A stretch of DNA of 63,892 bases, the filler included, from Chiloscyllium plagiosum (lineage: Eukaryota), in assembly GCF_004010195.1 (NCBI RefSeq). It is 5 parts of one record of this genome, joined end to end, with 100 filler letters (N's around TTAATTAATTAA, not from the genome) between each part and the next. Parts side by side here need not be neighbours in the genome. Positions count along the whole stretch, not along the records: positions 52,086 to 56,129 come from NC_057715.1; positions 56,230 to 60,738 come from NC_057715.1; positions 60,839 to 63,892 come from NC_057715.1; 2 more parts are not named here. One strand, given 5' to 3'. The first letter of the stretch is position 1; every line of letters starts with the position of its first letter. A model generated the notes under the pieces. It made no database searches. It was given only the letters and a program-made list of their open reading frames with translations, and was not told the origin of the DNA. Below are positions 52,086 to 63,892 of this stretch, piece after piece. A program made the position numbers and the translations under genes.

Positions 52086-53772
52086 TGAGAGTGTGATGGG
52101 AGGATATACAGAGTGTGAGAGTGTGACGTTATGATATACTGTGTGTTAGTGCGTGACAGTAGGATATGCATAGTTTGAGAGTGTGATGGAAAGATATGCG
52201 GAGTATGAGAGTGTGATAGTAGGATATACAGAGTGTGAGAGTGTTATGGTAGGATTTGCAGAGAGTGGGAGTGACGGTAAGATATACAGTGTGTGACAGT
52301 GTGACAGTAGGATATGCAGAGTGTGAGAGTGTGATGGGAGGATATACAGAGTGTGAGAGTGTGACATTATGAAATACTGAGTGTGAGTGTGTGACAGTAG
52401 GATATACAGAGTGTTAGAGTGTTATGATATGATTTGCGGAGAGTGGGAGTGTGAGGGTAAGATATACAGTGTGTGACAGTGTGACAGTCGGATATGCAGA
52501 GTGTGTGAGTGTGATGGGAGGATATACAGAGTGTGAGAGTGTGACATTACGAAATACTGAGTGTGAGTGTGTGACGGTAGGATATGCAGAGTTTGAGATT
52601 GTGATGGAAGGATATGCGGAGTATGAGAGTGTGATGGTAGGATATATAGAGTGTGAGAGTGTGACGGTGGGATATGCAGANNNNNNNNNNNNNNNNNNNN
52701 NNNNNNNNNNNNNNNNNNNNNNNNNNNNNNNNNNNNNNNNNNNNNNNNNNNNNNNNNNNNNNNNNNNNNNNNNNNNNNNNNNNNNNNNNNNNNNNNNNNN
52801 NNNNNNNNNNNNNNNNNNNNNNNNNNNNNNNNNNNNNNNNNNNNNNNNNNNNNNNNNNNNNNNNNNNNNNNNNNNNNNNNNNNNNNNNNNNNNNNNNNNN
52901 NNNNNNNNNNNNNNNNNNNNNNNNNNNNNNNNNNNNNNNNNNNNNNNNNNNNNNNNNNNNNNNNNNNNNNNNNNNNNNNNNNNNNNNNNNNNNNNNNNNN
53001 NNNNNNNNNNNNNNNNNNNNNNNNNNNNNNNNNNNNNNNNNNNNNNNNNNNNNNNNNNNNNNNNNNNNNNNNNNNNNNNNNNNNNNNNNNNNNNNNNNNN
53101 NNNNNNNNNNNNNNNNNNNNNNNNNNNNNNNNNNNNNNNNNNNNNNNNNNNNNNNNNNNNNNNNNNNNNNNNNNNNNNNNTGCATCTGACAGTAGGATAT
53201 ACAGCGTGTGAGAGTGTTACGGTAGGATACGCCGACTGTGTCAGTGTGATGGAAGGATATGCAGAGTGTGAGAGTGTGATGGTAGGATATACAGAGTATG
53301 AGTATGTGATGATAGGATATACACTTGTGTGAGAATGTGAGAATGTGACAGTCAGATATACAGAGGGTGAGAGTGTGACGGTAGGATATACAGAGTGTGA
53401 GAGTGTGACAGTGGGATATGCCGAGTGTGAGAGTGTGATGGTAGGATATGCAGAGTGTGAGAGTGTGATGGTAGGATACACAGAGTGTGAGAGTGTGATG
53501 GTAGGATACGCAGGGTGTGAGAGTGTGACGGTAGGATATGCAGAGTGTGAGTGTGTGACGGTAGGGTATACAAAGTGTGAGATTGTGACGGTAGGATATA
53601 CAGAGTGTGAGAGTATGATGGTAGGATATACAGAGTGTGACAATGTGACGGCAGGATATACAGAGTGTGAGAGTGTGACTGTGGGATATACAGAGTGTGA
53701 GTGTGTAATGGTAGGACATGCAGAGTGTGAAAGTGTGACGGCATGATATGCAGAGTGTGAGAATGTGATGGA
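52086..53772. repeat. 30-bp minisatellite (gtgacggtaggatatacagagtgtgagagt) spanning a 500-N gap
   Basis: Continuous tandem units on both sides of the gap. Confidence 0.95.
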
Positions 53773-54082
53773 GACTGAAGCAGTTATAAGATTTGTAGCT
53801 GGAATAATATTTTATATTTCTTCCCTTTTTGAGGCGCAATATAACATTTGGATGTAATCCTGGGACTCCTTTGTGGACGTGGGGCTCTCTTTTGCAGAGT
53901 TAGGGCACAGTTTACTGGAGATTAAAGACCCTTTAGGGTGGTGAAAAGGCCTGTTAAAAAAGGACATAGATTCATTGGGAGTTCAAAGCTGTCCAGCTGT
54001 GCAAAAAAAAAATGCTTGATATTTCAGAGTGCCTATTCACATGAGCAATCATACCATTAATAATGAATGACTGATTTCCAAA

Positions 54083-54304
54083 CTGCAATCAGTTCTGCTA
54101 TAACAAGGTTTCTTCAATGCAATTTGGTTTTAACACGATTGAAAAAATTAGACATTTTTTTATAGAATGCGAACCTTCCCTACCTTTATGGCTATAATGC
54201 AATTTCGGTCCCATTGGTTTAAATGGCGTGGCTATTACACCCTTTTCTTATAAAGCTAAATTGCACGAGAATAGAACTATCACATTACATCCGAACCAAC
54301 TCTA
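54083..54304. mobile_element. pogo/Tigger-like MITE
   Basis: Degenerate TIRs (caatcagttctgctataac / attacatccgaaccaactcta), related to the ends of 45567-45768. Confidence 0.5.
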
Positions 54305-54849
54305 TCACTTGCACAATGGGTTGCCAGCTGAAGTTAGCATTGGTGGACAGCACCAACCTGTTCATTGAATAGAAATATTTGCTTGTACAAGTGATTGAGC
54401 ACTTAAACAATATTATTGTTTTCATAAAGGATCTGTTGAAGGAATTCTAATGTATTGATTTTTTTTGTTATCAGAGTATATTTTAGAATAGGCACATCAT
54501 CAAACACAGTGTTAGCATGCCTACTGATTTTTGATGCTGGTGGATATTTGGTAAGTTAGCGTGGAGAAAGAAGAACTATAAGTGTTAAGGTGGCAGAGCA
54601 TGAGTTGACCGAGGAGCTATTACAGGCCATGGGATGAGTAAATAATCATAAGTCAGCAGAGCAGTTATGAAGGGCTACATTCACATGGACCTGTCTATAT
54701 GTGGTAGAACTCTGTCAGCTGGTGCTGTCATTATGTCAAGCAGCTATATTGTGATTTACTACACTGTTTTATATTTCTATCAATAAACCCATAGGAGCTA
54801 CATAGGGTAATTCAGAATTCCTTCTGCTGTCGCAAAAATACTAGATTCT

Positions 54850-55145
54850 CTGGTGAGCGTTTCTGCACATGTTATGTTGTGCTCCTGGAGATTTCACATT
54901 AACAGGCAATCCTTGACCTTGACGTTCTGTGTTAAAGCATTAACTTTATGGCCCTACTATTCTGAGTTCTTCGGTCAGACTCTTAAAATCAATCCAACTG
55001 GCCAGCTGCCAACACCCTTCAGAAAAGTTTTCTCAAATGCTTCCAGATTTTCTGCCGAAACATGGAGTCTCTCCTCCTGTCCATTTCTACCACTGAACCT
55101 TCCAGTACTGCATCTACAAACTTCCTTCTGCCCTGATGTCTCATT
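54850..55145 (-). mobile_element. Harbinger Myb/SANT-like ORF remnant
   Basis: KFVDAVLEGSVVEMDRRRDSMF...W..KVNALTQNVKVK resembles the trihelix MSANTD/NAIF1-type pattern RFSD..LE.LV.EV..RRD.LF...W...KFNDL; frameshifted. Confidence 0.55.
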
Positions 55146-55842
55146 TGAATGACTCTGATTGTAAGGTGCCTGTTAGAAATATGAGGTTTGATTGAGAAAT
55201 AAGTGTAAACAATTAGGTAAAACACACATAGATATTCAAAGTATTTGAAAATAAAGATTCATGTTGGAGTTAACCATGAAAAATTCAATTGCAGCTAACA
55301 GGAAAAGAATATACCTAAAGAGGAGACAAGAAAAAGACATATATGCCATTAACTAAATTAGTGTTCGGCATTAACCATGAGAACACGACTTCAAACATTA
55401 AAATGGAGGCCTAAAATGACAAATGGCAAAATTCCATCAGGGTGTGAAAGTAAAATGTCAGTTACTGAAACCAGAACGATCATTGAATCCCTGTAGTATG
55501 GAAGTAGGCCATTCAGCCCATACTGACATTCCCATCCAATCCCTCAAAACCTGCATTTCCCATGGTCAATCCACCTGCACATTTTTTGGACTGTGAGATG
55601 TAACCCACAGACATGGGGGAAGAATGTGCAAATTCCACACGGACAGTTGCCTGAGGTTTGAATGAACCCAGGTCCCAGGTGCTGTGAGGTAGTAGTGTTA
55701 GCCACTGAGCCACCACCAGAATAGGAAAGAGCATTATCGCCTGAACACCATATGAAACCAAAATGAAACAACGCTCAAAGAGACAGCGATGAAACATCTT
55801 CATGAAGAAACTGTTTATCTTCATAAATAAGTATGATTTTGT

Positions 55843-56129
55843 GATTGAAGGCGTTTGGTATGCTTTCCTTTATTGGTCAGAGTATTGAGTACAGGAGTTG
55901 GGAGGTCATGTTGCGGCTGTACAGGACATTGGTTAGGCCACTCTTGGAGTACTGTGTGCAATTCTGGTCTCCTTCCTATCGGAAAGATGTTGTGAAACTT
56001 GAAAGGGTTCAGAAAAGACTTACAAGAATGTTGCCAATGTTGGAGGATCTGAGCTACAGGGAGAAGCTGAACAGGCTGGGGCTGTTTTCCCTGGACCGTT
56101 GGAGGCTGAGGGGTGACCTTATAGAGGTT
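55843..56129 (+). mobile_element. CR1 ORF2 C-terminal fragment
   Basis: LYRTLVRPLLEYCVQFWSP...LERVQKR. Confidence 0.92.
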
Positions 56130-56229
56130 NNNNNNNNNNNNNNNNNNNNNNNNNNNNNNNNNNNNNNNNNNNNTTAATTAATTAANNNNNNNNNNNNNNN
56201 NNNNNNNNNNNNNNNNNNNNNNNNNNNNN

Positions 56230-56693
56230 TTTGGAGAGGGTGCAGAGAAGGTTTACCAGGATGTTGCCTGGAATGGAGAGGAAGTCGTACGAGGATAGGT
56301 TGAGAGTTCTCGGCCTTTTCTCGTTGGAACGGCGAAGGATGAGGGGTGACTTGATAGAGGTTTATAAGATGATCAGAGGAATAGATAGAGTAGACAGTCA
56401 GAAACTTTTTCCCCGGGTACAACAGAGTGTTACAAGGGGACATAAATTTAAGGTGAAGGGTGGAAGGTATAGGGGAGATGTCAGGGGTGGGTTCTTTACC
56501 CAGAGAGTGGTGGGGGCATGGAATGCGCTGCCCGTGGGAGTGGTAGAGTCGGAATCATTGGCGACCTTTAAGCGGCATTTGGATAGGTACATGGATGGGT
56601 ACTTAATCTAGGTTAGAAATTCGGCACAACATCGTGGGCCGAAGGGCCTGTTCTGTGCTGTATTGTTCTATGTTCTATGTTCTATGTTCTATG
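56230..56693 (+). mobile_element. young CR1 3' end of a different subfamily, (ttctatg)n tail
   Basis: Open frame LERVQRRFTRMLPGM...FFTQRVVGAWNALP; CpGs retained. Confidence 0.92.
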
Positions 56694-56859
56694 GTTAAAC
56701 CACTAGTACTCATCTCTCTCCAATGAAAAAGCAGTTTTATGAAGCTATGGTTACGTTACTTTAACATAATATGGAGTGATGGCCTGAATTCAAGAAACCA
56801 GAATATAGAAACAGTTTGGGCAAAAATAAAGAATGATAAAAGCGAGAAGTCATTTCTTG

Positions 56860-57602
56860 AATTGGGTATCAGCCCCCTAACAGTTACCACCTAGTAGGAC
56901 AAGGTGTTGAGGAAGAAATAATGGGAGTTTGTCAAAAGAAATTAGCTTGGGGCATTGTAATCTACTTATAGACTGGAAAAAAATCAGATGGGTAAAAGTA
57001 CTGAAGTTGAGGAATTCATTGAATATTTTCAGGACAATTTTTAATACCAGCATGCTATGGCACCAAATCAGAGAGGATGATGTACTCAACTGGATTTTAA
57101 AGAAGGAGATAGAATTAATTTTGGACCACATTGTGAAAACAACCAGAATTCTGATTGAATTTTACATCCAGTTTAAGGGAGAGAAGTGTGAGTCCAAGGC
57201 TGCTCTTTTGAAGTTAAATATGCTCCATTATGTTGGCATGAAAGCAGAACTAGCAAATGTGACCTGGCAAATTAGGTTCAAGGATAGCTCAATGGAAAAA
57301 CATTCCAAATATTTAAGTGGATATTCCAAAAAGCTCAGAGTAGATATATTCCAATAATTAAGAAATGTTCTAAGGGATGCACATGCCTACAGTGGTTAAC
57401 CAGAAATATCAAAAATACTATCAAACTCAAAGAAAGGATACATAATTGTGTAAAGTTAAGAGACAGGTCAGAATACAAACAGCAAAGATATCCAAAAATA
57501 TTAATGAGGGAAAAATTAAGTACAAGATAAAGTTAGCCAAAAATATATAAGTGGATAGGAAAAGTTCCTTTTGGTGTTTATGAAGGAAAAGGGTTAACAA
57601 AG
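56860..57602 (+). mobile_element. old CR1 endonuclease/linker remnant
   Basis: LGHCNLLIDW, REDDVLNWIL resemble decayed APE motifs. Confidence 0.6.
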
Positions 57603-60530
57603 TACGTCCAGTTTACTCCCACAGTCCAAAGATGTGCAGGATTAGCCATGCTAAAATGTGCCATAGTATCCGGGGATGTTTAGGCTAAGTGGATTAGCCA
57701 TGGGAAATGTCGGGATAGGTTAGGGTCTGGGTCCGGGTGGGATAATCCTCAGAGGATTGGTGTGGACTCCTTGGACCAAATGGCGTGCTTCCATACTGTG
57801 GGGATTCAATGAACTGTTTCATTAACTTCAGTTACAGCCAAGCAGATGTCAAAAAGAAAGAATTTGTCTGATGGCCCATAGTTTAGTATGAATACTTGGG
57901 GAATTTGCACCATCTTGCTGACAGCATTTAGGAAGAAAATATTAGCCCATTTATTTTTAAACTATCATGCATCATAAAATCTTCAATGATAAGGCCATCA
58001 TAATAAATTGTCCCCCCAGTGGATCTCTACATCTTTCTACATTTGCTCATTAATTTCATACTGGGCATCAACAATCAGTTTAGTTATGTTGAAATTTGCT
58101 AATGATCATCTTCAGACTTTCAGAAATGGTTCACCTGAGTAACAACCCAAGGTTTTTTCTTAATTTTCAATCTAATGGAGTGATTGAGGTTTTGGCACTG
58201 GTAGAATAAAATCTCTTGTGCAACTCGTGACTAATATGAGTCAAAATGCATTTTGTGCGCAAGCACCAATCTTTCAAACATTTGATTTAGGTCAAGCAGA
58301 TCAAAAGCAATCAAGGTGCTTCCTCTGTATGAGAACAACTCACAACTCACATTATCAACAACTAGCTGTAGGCAAAATGATGCACCTCACTAAAGTCAAG
58401 CAGTTAAAGAAATCACTGGCAATGTTTCACTAAGTCAGTTATCATTGCCCAAAAAAACAATGCTCCTCATGAGAAGTAACACAGAGGACATCGACAACTT
58501 GAAAGAGGATTGACTGATGCTAAAGAATCTAAAAGAAGCACTTATTGTGGTAAAGTATGTTTCAAAGTTTGACTGTGGGTTCACCATAATACAACGCTTC
58601 CTTTTATCTATGGGCTGATGAATAAAAAGGGAGGAGATGAGATGAAAGGGGGCAAAAATTCTACTTGAAAAGGAATGACAAGAGAATAACCAAGCAGTTA
58701 TTCAAAACAGCAAGCATCAAAACAAAGGTGTGAATGGTCACATGCTTTGCTGTAAAATTCTATTCTGTTCCTCGATGTCAGTACATAATTGCTACAATTA
58801 TTTCCCTTCGCTCTGCTAGTTCTCAAAAGAAAATGAGCACTTGATTCTTGGAGATTCCGTAAGGAAAGAGAATATGCTGTGTACTGGGTTTACCTTCAAA
58901 AGTACGCACATTTTGAAGTTAATTGAATTTTAAATATGAAAAAGTGAATTATTTTGTACTGTCAGCGACATAAAACAACCAAATAGAATGACAAATACAC
59001 CAATCGCTAACCTGAAGGTGCATGTCTAAACTACAAATACAAAGTTACATCTTCATGATGGAATTTTTATGAAGGACAGAATTTCTCAAAATCATTAAAA
59101 TTATTATTATTTCATGGGTCAGTGTTGGGTTTATAGATATCAGAGTTGGATAAGGAGGGGTCAGCTGCTAGGGTGCAGGAGCAGGTTCCTAAATGTATTA
59201 ATGGGGTCAGGAGTAAATAGAGAAGGGGTGTCAGTTTTATAGTTAGCCAGAAGTCAGGACAGGTTTTAGTTTCTTTAGTTACTTTTCCTGATTATTTAGT
59301 TTAGTGAGCCAAATTGATTCAATGAGTCAAGTGATTCTAACTCAGAACTGGGGATACTTCTGCAGGCAGTATAGGGTGGCATTGTGATACAATGGTTAGC
59401 ACTGCTACCTCACAGATCAGGGACCCGGGTTTGACTGTATGGGGTTTGCATATTGCAGGTTTCCCCTCAAGTCCATGTGGATCACAGATGTAGGATCAGC
59501 CTGGATCCAAAAGGGAGGGAGCAGCAACTGGCCACAAGAGTCTACGGTTCACCACAAGGGATTGTGGGTAGAGGCTTGCATTTGGATTGAAAAGACAAAA
59601 TTTTAGCGGGGAATTAGAGCAAGCCTGGAGGAGAGTTTACAGGAAAAGAAAATATTCATTGTGAAACATAGTAGTAAGATTGCATGAATAGCCCCTATAA
59701 GGTAAGAATCACTTTGGATTGATTTTGGGAAAACTGAATATTCATGTAATGTATAACTTTGAAGTCCTATGAAGTTTTTGACTCTGGCCTGTTGTGTAGC
59801 CATTGTGTTTATGCAGTGAATGCAGTTGGAAGGATCTCAATTATCAGCAGCACCAAAAAAATAGCTCATCTGTCTTATTTTTATTTGGTTCTTACTTTTA
59901 GAAATTTGTTCTTGCAGCCCTCAGAAACCAGGCTATTATTATTAAATTTTATAGCAAAAAATAGTGTTGAGGATCATAATAACCCTTCTAATTTGGTCTA
60001 ATTTGGAGTGAACAATCTCATGGGTGATGGGTAGTAAAGGGTTAGTAAGGCCAACTTAAAACTCTTTCTGTCCAAAACCTTATCTGAGAAATTGTTCCAG
60101 CAAAGTTTAAAATTTTCATAATGCTTTGATTTAGCTTGATATTTAGACCTTCCTATTGGATTAATTTCATGGCATTCTTTACAGGGTTGGGGAGATAGTA
60201 ATAGGGATCTAACTGATGGATGTCTCAACCAACACATGGAGGAAAAAGAGTTCACCTGAATGCTCCATTTCAACAGTAAATTTGAAAGCACATAATGTGC
60301 GAAGTGATTCTGATCATACCGTCGCTTATTGTACAATGCACAAATTCATGAAAAGACCAATGGTCATCACCTTTGTGTCTGAAAGGCACCCAGTCTATAT
60401 CAGATTATGCTGGAAGAGGAAGGTATCTCAATAACATGATCAATAGATGAAGTGAGCCATCTCACACTACTACTTTGCAAAGTTAAAAATCACACACCAG
60501 GCTATAGTCCAACAGGTTTAATTGGAAGCA

Positions 60531-60565
60531 CACTAGCTTTCGGAGCGACGCTCCTTCATCAGGTG
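60531..60565 (-). ncRNA. minimal type-I hammerhead ribozyme motif (third PLE family)
   Basis: Reverse complement cac-CTGATGA-a-GGAGC-gtc-GCTCC-GAAA-GC-TA-gtg; palindromic AGCT. Confidence 0.8.
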
Positions 60566-60838
60566 ATTGTGGAGGGCTCGATTGTAACACAGAATTTATA
60601 GCAAAAATTTGCAGTGTGATGTAACTGAAATTATACATTGAAGAATTGATTGTCTATTAAACCTTTCATCTGTTAGAATACAGTGATAGTTTCACTTCTT
60701 TCATGTGTAAATCACAAAACCCTTTTTTTTAAAAGTTGNNNNNNNNNNNNNNNNNNNNNNNNNNNNNNNNNNNNNNNNNNNNTTAATTAATTAANNNNNN
60801 NNNNNNNNNNNNNNNNNNNNNNNNNNNNNNNNNNNNNN

Positions 60839-61184
60839 ACGACATCCTTCCCTGACAGCCTGTGCTCCCAATTTCTGCTCCTCAGATCCTGTCTTGCAGC
60901 AATTGTAAAACCTACCCTGTTGCATGCACCTATCTCTCTCCATAACCAAGGTGAAAGTCATAGAATTGTGGTCACCATCACCAAAATGTTCACCCACTAA
61001 CAAGCCCATCACTTGTCCTGGTTCATTACCAAGTACCAAATCCAATATGGCCTCCCCTCTGGTCGGACAATCTACATACTGAGTTAGAAAAGCTTCCTGG
61101 ACACACTGCACAAACACCGCCCCATCCAATCTACTTGATCTAAAGAGCTTCCAATCAATATTTGGGAAGTTGAAATCGCCCATG
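60839..61184 (-). mobile_element. CR1 AP-endonuclease C-terminal half
   Basis: MGDFNFPNIDW...PTRGEAILDLVL...FGDGDHN. Confidence 0.92.
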
Positions 61185-62725
61185 GTTAGCAGGTATTGGT
61201 TCTCACTTTGAGTTTTAGGAAGGGGACCGACAGAATCAGTCATAATGCTTGTGAAAGGTTCTTCAAATGTGAGAATTGGCAACAAAGATGCTGGCTTTAC
61301 TACTACCTGTAGCTTACCTACCATTGGACACATATGACATGTACCACAAAATGTAACCACATCCTTGTGCAGTCTAGGCCAATAGAAATGCTTTTGTACC
61401 TTAGCCTGAGTCTTCCTCACATCTCGGTGACCTCCTACTGGTAATTCATGTGCTACCCGTAACATCTCCTGTCTGTATGCTACCTGCAACACTGGTGCAT
61501 TTCTGCCCATTTTTTCTCTGCTCTAATCTGCGCTGGTCTCCATTTTCATCTTTGGATTCTATCTTTCAGATAAAGATACTCAACTTCTATATTTTTTATT
61601 GTCCCATCTTTCTGTTGTAAGTACATTTGCCTTTCAGGACTAAACACTTCTGCCTGACACTCTGCTAATTCAGGTTTTTCCTGCACTATTACTTCAAACA
61701 GTGTTTCCCGCTAACTGAACCTCAACTCCTTCATCTTTCTCTTTAGTTTTTGCTTTGTGCCATAATTTATAACAGTGGGATCTTATTACTACACAGTCTG
61801 GAAAAATTCCCAGGTATTTTTCTTTTAATTCCTGAGTTCCCTGGTCTTCCTTTGGCTTCTCCAAAACAAGGGGTGTCATTCCCACCTTGGATCCTGCTAA
61901 ATCGCTCCCAAGAACAAACTGTATTCCTGGAACTGACACTCTGTCAATCACTTTCACTTGAGTTGGCACTCCAACCTGATCTTATATTGAAGAATGCAAA
62001 ATTTCTGTCCATCTATCCCACAAGTTACCACTCTCTCGGGTAACAGGTCAGAGAGGGTGCAAATACATTCATCTTTTACTATTAGAGACTGATTAGATCC
62101 TGTATCTCTCAAAATTATAACTTCTTTCCCTTCTTCCCCTGTTCTTTCTGAGTAAACTTTACCCACAGAAGCAAAGTCTTTGCAGAGATCAAGCATTAAC
62201 TCCATATCTAGCTCCTGCCTGAGTTGTGCACTCTCCTGCAGCTCCTCTTCTTTTCTTGGGGTTTCCTTTACTACTTCCACTAAAGCTACTGGCTTAGGCT
62301 CTTTTACCAGATCTTTTCCCGCAGTGCCTTTCTTTAATGACCAGCACTGTGCCTTTTCATGTCCCATTTTTTGGCAGTGAAAACACCTTTTCTCAGTCCC
62401 TTTCTTAAACCACTGGCACAGTAATTTTTTGTGTCCTACTCCATTACAATGAAAACTCATGAGGCCTTTCACCTCCTTTCCACGGTCTTGGGCTTCTTTT
62501 TTAACTTGTGGTAAATAATTACTAGTGTGCTCTACTCTTTGTTCTGTAGTGTTGAAATTCTTTCCGGAAGCTAAATTTTGTCCTATGCACCAATTCATAT
62601 TCATCTGCCATCTCTGCTGCTCTTCTCAATTCTTGAACTTTCTGTTCATCCATATGAAATCTTATCATCTCTGAAAGTGAGTTTTTAATACCCTTCCTTC
62701 AGAATAATCTCTCTTAGAGCCTCTT
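61181..62725 (-). mobile_element. Gmr1-like Gypsy LTR retrotransposon remnant: SCAN-like Gag, CCHC, protease, integrase
   Basis: LREIIL../KNSL..EQKV..RAAEMADEY; CFHCQKMGHEKAQC; ILRDTGS; then AHE..GGH..FYWP..CGTCHMC and TDSVGPLP with no RT in between. Confidence 0.88.
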
Positions 62726-63690
62726 AGTAACCATGATTTACTAAGGAAGTTGAATCTCTCCTGTCAAGAGGAAGAAGGAGGGCTTATGTAAAGATGAGAC
62801 ATGAAGGTTCAGTTAGGGCGCTTGAGAGTTACAGGTTATCTAGGAAGGGCCTAAAGAGAGAGCTAAGAAGAGCCAGGAGGGGACATGAGAAGTCTTTGAT
62901 AGTTAGGATCAAAGAAAACCCTAAAGCTCTTTATAGGAATACAAGAATGACTAAAGTAAGATTAGGGTCAGCCAAGGACAGTAGTGGGAAGTTGTGCATG
63001 GAGTCTGAGGAGATAGGAGAGGCACTATATGAATATTTTTCATCAGTATTCACACTGGAAAAAGACAATGTTGTCAAGGAGAATACTGAGACATAAGCGA
63101 TCAGAACATATAGGATTGAGGTTCATAAGGAGGAGGTGTTAGCAATTCTGGAAAGTGTGAAAATAGTTAAGCCTCCTGGACCAGATGGGATTTATACTAG
63201 GATTCTCTGAGAAGATAGAGAGAAGATTGCAGAACCTTTGGCCTTGATCTTTATGTTGTTATTGCCTACAGGAATAGTGCCAGAAGACTGGAGGATAGCA
63301 AATGTTCCCTTGTTCAAGTAGGGGAGTAGAGACTACCCTGGTAATTATAGACCTGTGAGTCTTACATCGGTTGTGGCTAAAGTGTTGGAAGGGATTATAA
63401 GAAATAGGATTTATAATCGTCTAGAAAAGATTAATTTGATTAGGAATAGTCAACACGGTTTTGTGAAGAGCAAGTCGTGCTTCACAAACCTTATTGTGTT
63501 CTTTGAGAAGGTGACCAGACAGATGGATGAGGGTAGAGCAGTTAATGTGTTGTATGTGGATTTCAGTAAAGCATGTGATAAGGTTCCCCACGGTAGGCTT
63601 TTGCAGAAAATACGGAGGCATGATTGAGGATGATTTAAAGGTTTGGATCAGAAATTGGCTAGTTGAAAGGTGACAGAGGGGGTAGTTGAT
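62726..63690 (+). mobile_element. CR1 ORF2 linker to RT fragment (disrupted)
   Basis: PGPDGIY, PGNYRPVSLTSVVAKVLE, SQHGFVK, YVDFSKACDKVPH. Confidence 0.92.
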
Positions 63691-63696
63691 AGGAAA

Positions 63697-63892
63697 TAAG
63701 GTAAAAACAATGACTACAGATGCTGGAAACCAGATTCTGGATCAGTGGTGCTGGAAGAGCACAGCAATTCAGGCAGCATCCGAGGACAGGCAAAATCGAC
63801 GTTTCTGGCAAAAGCCCTTCATCAGGAATAAAGGCAGAGAGCCTGAAGTGTGGAGAGATAAGCTAGAGTAGGATGGGGTGGGGAGAGAGTGG
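63697..63892 (-). mobile_element. Neptune-like PLE pseudo-LTR and tail, runs off the window
   Basis: Near-identical to 40960-41100 and 42521-42575; hammerhead at 63798-63825 with one helix-II mismatch. Confidence 0.9.

Noticed and set aside
52146..53839. Long repetitive ORFs on both strands (293-430 aa)
   Set aside because: Minisatellite plus N run; open on both strands, and shorter 28-bp variant units shift the frame.
54583..54801. Solo LTR (TG...AATAAA...CA)
   Set aside because: Flanks taag/tagg are an imperfect TSD and there is no second copy in the window.

Overview
This is eukaryotic, repeat-dense DNA. The SINE/LINE repertoire points to a cartilaginous fish (shark-like; inferred from family resemblance, not a database search). 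It looks intronic or intergenic: I recognise no complete host gene, tRNA/rRNA gene or CRISPR array. Contents: many CR1/HER1-type LINE fragments (one with 5'UTR plus Zn-finger/esterase ORF1), a second LINE family, L2, Rex1 and Tx1 tails, HE1/V-SINEs and other tRNA-derived SINEs, several Penelope-like element (PLE) families, a Gmr1-type Gypsy remnant with integrase placed straight after protease, a second decayed Gypsy, Harbinger transposase and Myb fragments, pogo/Tigger-like MITEs, two minisatellites (29 bp and 30 bp) and artificial gap linkers. The most interesting signal is RNA-level. About 19 minimal type-I hammerhead ribozyme motifs (intact or degenerate) occur in 3-4 PLE-derived families. 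Several sit in short non-coding fold-back insertions with 13-16 bp target-site duplications (TSDs) and one hammerhead per strand. PLE hammerheads are a known class; the fold-back products, a PLE carrying captured genomic DNA and an in-frame integrase-endonuclease chimera merit follow-up. Repeat boundaries were read by eye and are approximate.
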